A stretch of 64,000 bases of DNA from Takakia lepidozioides. Lineage: Eukaryota; Plantae; Bryophyta. The notes under the pieces were generated by a model. That model saw nothing but the letters and a program-made list of their open reading frames with translations. It was not told the origin of the DNA and did not search any database. Position numbers and translations under genes: made by a program. The stretch's first letter is position 1. The number at the start of each line of letters is the position of its first letter. Of the stretch, positions 61,423-64,000 are shown one piece after another. Location of the stretch: the NCBI GenBank assembly GCA_030704615.1, contig CM060734.1, forward strand, positions 54,932,001-54,996,000. Reading direction: 5' to 3'.

Positions 61423-63732
61423 AGCTGCAAGCATGGCCATATCTGAAAATTCAACATGGAAAGATGTCACGGCCTGCGCCTCAGCATTCCTCAAAGACTT
61501 GGGTGCGTTTGAAGCACAACCATCTCGTACTGGGAGCTGCAGCAGGCCAGGGCATGGTTGGTCGTGTTCAGTGCAGAGGTCGGTCTCTTTGTGACCTTAT
61601 ATCAAACGAGTTTAGCTACAAATTAGAAAGGGAACTAGTGCGCGCTTATGGTGGGTCTCATTTCATTGTGTTCTGACTGATGTGCTAACCTTGCCATGGC
61701 TCTCCATTCAGGTAATGGTAGTATTGCCGGGGTGGAGGCGATCACTAAAACACAGCTTTCAACGAAGTTATGCTTGCATAATGACAAAGAGAAGGCCACC
61801 TTTGCAACTGTTTTCGTGATTCGGAATACTAAGGTCAGCGACCGTGAATACGTCTTCCGAGACTATGACGGCAATGCGAGGACACCAGCCATGACCAGTG
61901 TAGACAAGCAGTATCTCATCGTCAACATACTGTTGGATTCTATTAAGGTACTCTTATTAAGATTAAATTGCAGATAAATTTGAGCAGCTCTTCTTAACAC
62001 TGGCTTCGGCCGGAATCTTCTCTCTGTGTACATTACATAAGTTGTGATGTCTTTTTTTGACCCTGCAAGATGGTCTAAAGTGTGGCCTTGATTCATCGTG
62101 TGGTAATCGCATGTAAGCAGGTGTCCATGCCAGGCACTCCAGCTTTGATAATCAGTGATCCAAGCATGGAGATTGCCAAGGGCATGCTACCTCCAGACAT
62201 ACTTGTAAAGCCAATACCAGGAAACTACACAAGCGGCAACCTGATGCTTCAAAGACTGCAGTCCTATATTGTATGGTACGGTAGTGCGTGCTTGCCATGC
62301 TATTTATGTTCTAGCCACCCTGACTCTGTTCTTGTAAGCTGTCCTTCATTGTAGAACTGGGTGCATATGTTGTTTGAGTAATACTTACTGAGGCCACGAG
62401 GTAAGTTTTGTCATGAGGAAAGCCAGTGAGATGATGTATGACTTGTTGAGGCATGATTTCATTTTCTTGGCAATGCATCTCTTTACGATAGTTTTTTCAA
62501 AGGCTTGGAAGTATAGTAAGTTGAAGCTTTCCAGTGTTTGTTTGTAGACTAAAGGTGGGTGACTGACAACACTGGTGTTGGTGCAGGCATTGCTGGACAG
62601 TATGGTGATGAATTTGAACATAGGCAGCAAGAGAGTCATAACACATGTCATATTCATAGATGCAGATACAATCATGGTAGACAATGTAGGGTGTGCCCTC
62701 ACAGAGCACCCTCATTTTGATATGGCTTTGACTTTCCGCAATAACCTTAAGCAGCCTATCAACACCGGGGTGATTATGATTCGAGGCACTCTTGAAGGCC
62801 TTTCCAGGTTAGCACTTGTGTTGTATGGGCAGTGAGAAAGTTTAAAGATAAATGGCTGTGTTAGAGCCATGTGACACTGACATTGGGGGGGTTTTCATAG
62901 GCCTATCATCGTCATAAATATGATTGCAGATTGGGCTTTATGTGAGATTTTTCTAGTTCTAGTTTACCCAATCCTTTTGGTTGCCCTGATAGTACTATTT
63001 TCTTCCACTTCATAGACCACAAGGCTGGAGTATACTCCCACACCTGTTCTCCCTGCTATCTTTTGACAGTTTCTGGGAATGCCAACATCATCATGGTTCA
63101 CCTACTGAGCTACTGATTCATGATGCACATGCCATCTTTCTTCTTTTGTTGGGGTGTGACAGGGGCAAAGCATTGCTGGAGGAAGTGGTCAAGGTATACC
63201 TGGGCAAGTACAGGGCCGCCTCTGGCATGATGGGTGATCAGCAAGCTTTCGCGGATGTAGTCGGAGCTGCTGTGGAGGCCCACAGGTTCCGCCGTGGCCT
63301 CCATTTTGAAGCTCAGGTTCTTGGAGCAAGAGTGCTCTTCTTGCCCTGTGCTCTCTACAACTGGACACCTTCTGAAGGAGCTGGGCAGTTTCATGGAATG
63401 CCAGAGGAAGTGAAAGTATGTGGCTTGGCTAATCCCACTCAGGCATTTGATGTTAAGAAAACCAAGTGCTGGAAGCATATTTCTACTGTCTAGTGGAAGC
63501 AAGGCTCTTCTACTTCAGGCTTATTAATAGCTTTTCTCTACTGATCACGGGCTTCCAACACCAGTTAACCAGTTGGAATGTTGTGTCTGATTTGAAGGTG
63601 CTGCACTTTAAAGGTTCAAGAAAGCGACTGATGATAGAAGCATGGGGCTTCTATAAGCGGCGGGGCTCTTTGGACTTCTCTGATATGAAGTGCCTTGTTT
63701 TACAAAGTGGGCGGTACAAGTATGATTTCTAA
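61423..63732 (+). CDS. Uncharacterised conserved plant protein, nucleotide-diphospho-sugar transferase (GT-A)-like; 5' end not resolved
   Basis: Exons about 61423-61578, 61712-61947, 62121-62270, 62587-62807, 63163-63415 and 63598-63732; HLVLGAAAGQG, MLQRLQSYI, FIDAD (DxD), LTFRNN.KQPINTG, GDQ, YNWTP, VLHFKGSRKRLM. Confidence 0.8.
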
Positions 63733-64000
63733 TGACATGACTGAAGGAATATTTTTGCAGTAGGAGAGGGAACATTATGACATGACCTTGTGTTTGCTGT
63801 GTGAAATGGCTATGTACAGACCGACAATAGGGAGGCCATTCTCACCAGAGTGAGCAATTTTATCTTTGACTGAGGATTGAAAATTATCACCATAGATAAT
63901 CTTGACAACAAAGGCCTCTCATTTTAAGATAATAGGGTCTTCAATGGGCACGTGCGATGTGGCTGGTGGGCCCCGCGCATGGACGCCAGCGCCTCGCCCG

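Overview
Eukaryotic nuclear DNA from a non-seed land plant (bryophyte/lycophyte-like; inferred from the TE clades, PLS-DYW PPRs and intron-rich genes). About 1-44.7 kb is transposon- and pseudogene-rich: three rearranged copies of a Ty3/gypsy chromovirus (Tcn1/Tf1-sushi-like), a hAT-like fragment, two related DNA elements with CCCCTAA termini (TTAA-flanked), a decayed Ty1/copia, a MULE transposase fragment, and disabled UGT, BAHD and PPR-DYW genes with local duplications and inversions. About 44.9-63.7 kb is gene-dense: an intronless trihelix TF, a 9-exon AGPase small subunit, FPGS and an uncharacterised GT-A-like gene. Most notable: (1) the chromovirus has an 11-nt Tf1-type self-priming PBS, a U3 hairpin that could mask the 3' primer copy, a -1 frameshift signal and an extra 133-aa ORF with its own TATA; (2) the 82-10149 composite could be transcribed into a ~2-kb gag-RT hairpin; (3) piggyBac-like TTAA|CCCC ends around coding remnants I cannot assign to piggyBac, with a palindrome array; (4) an intact AGPase small subunit whose GGGAGTR loop reads GDGRESR. 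All calls were made by eye without database searches.
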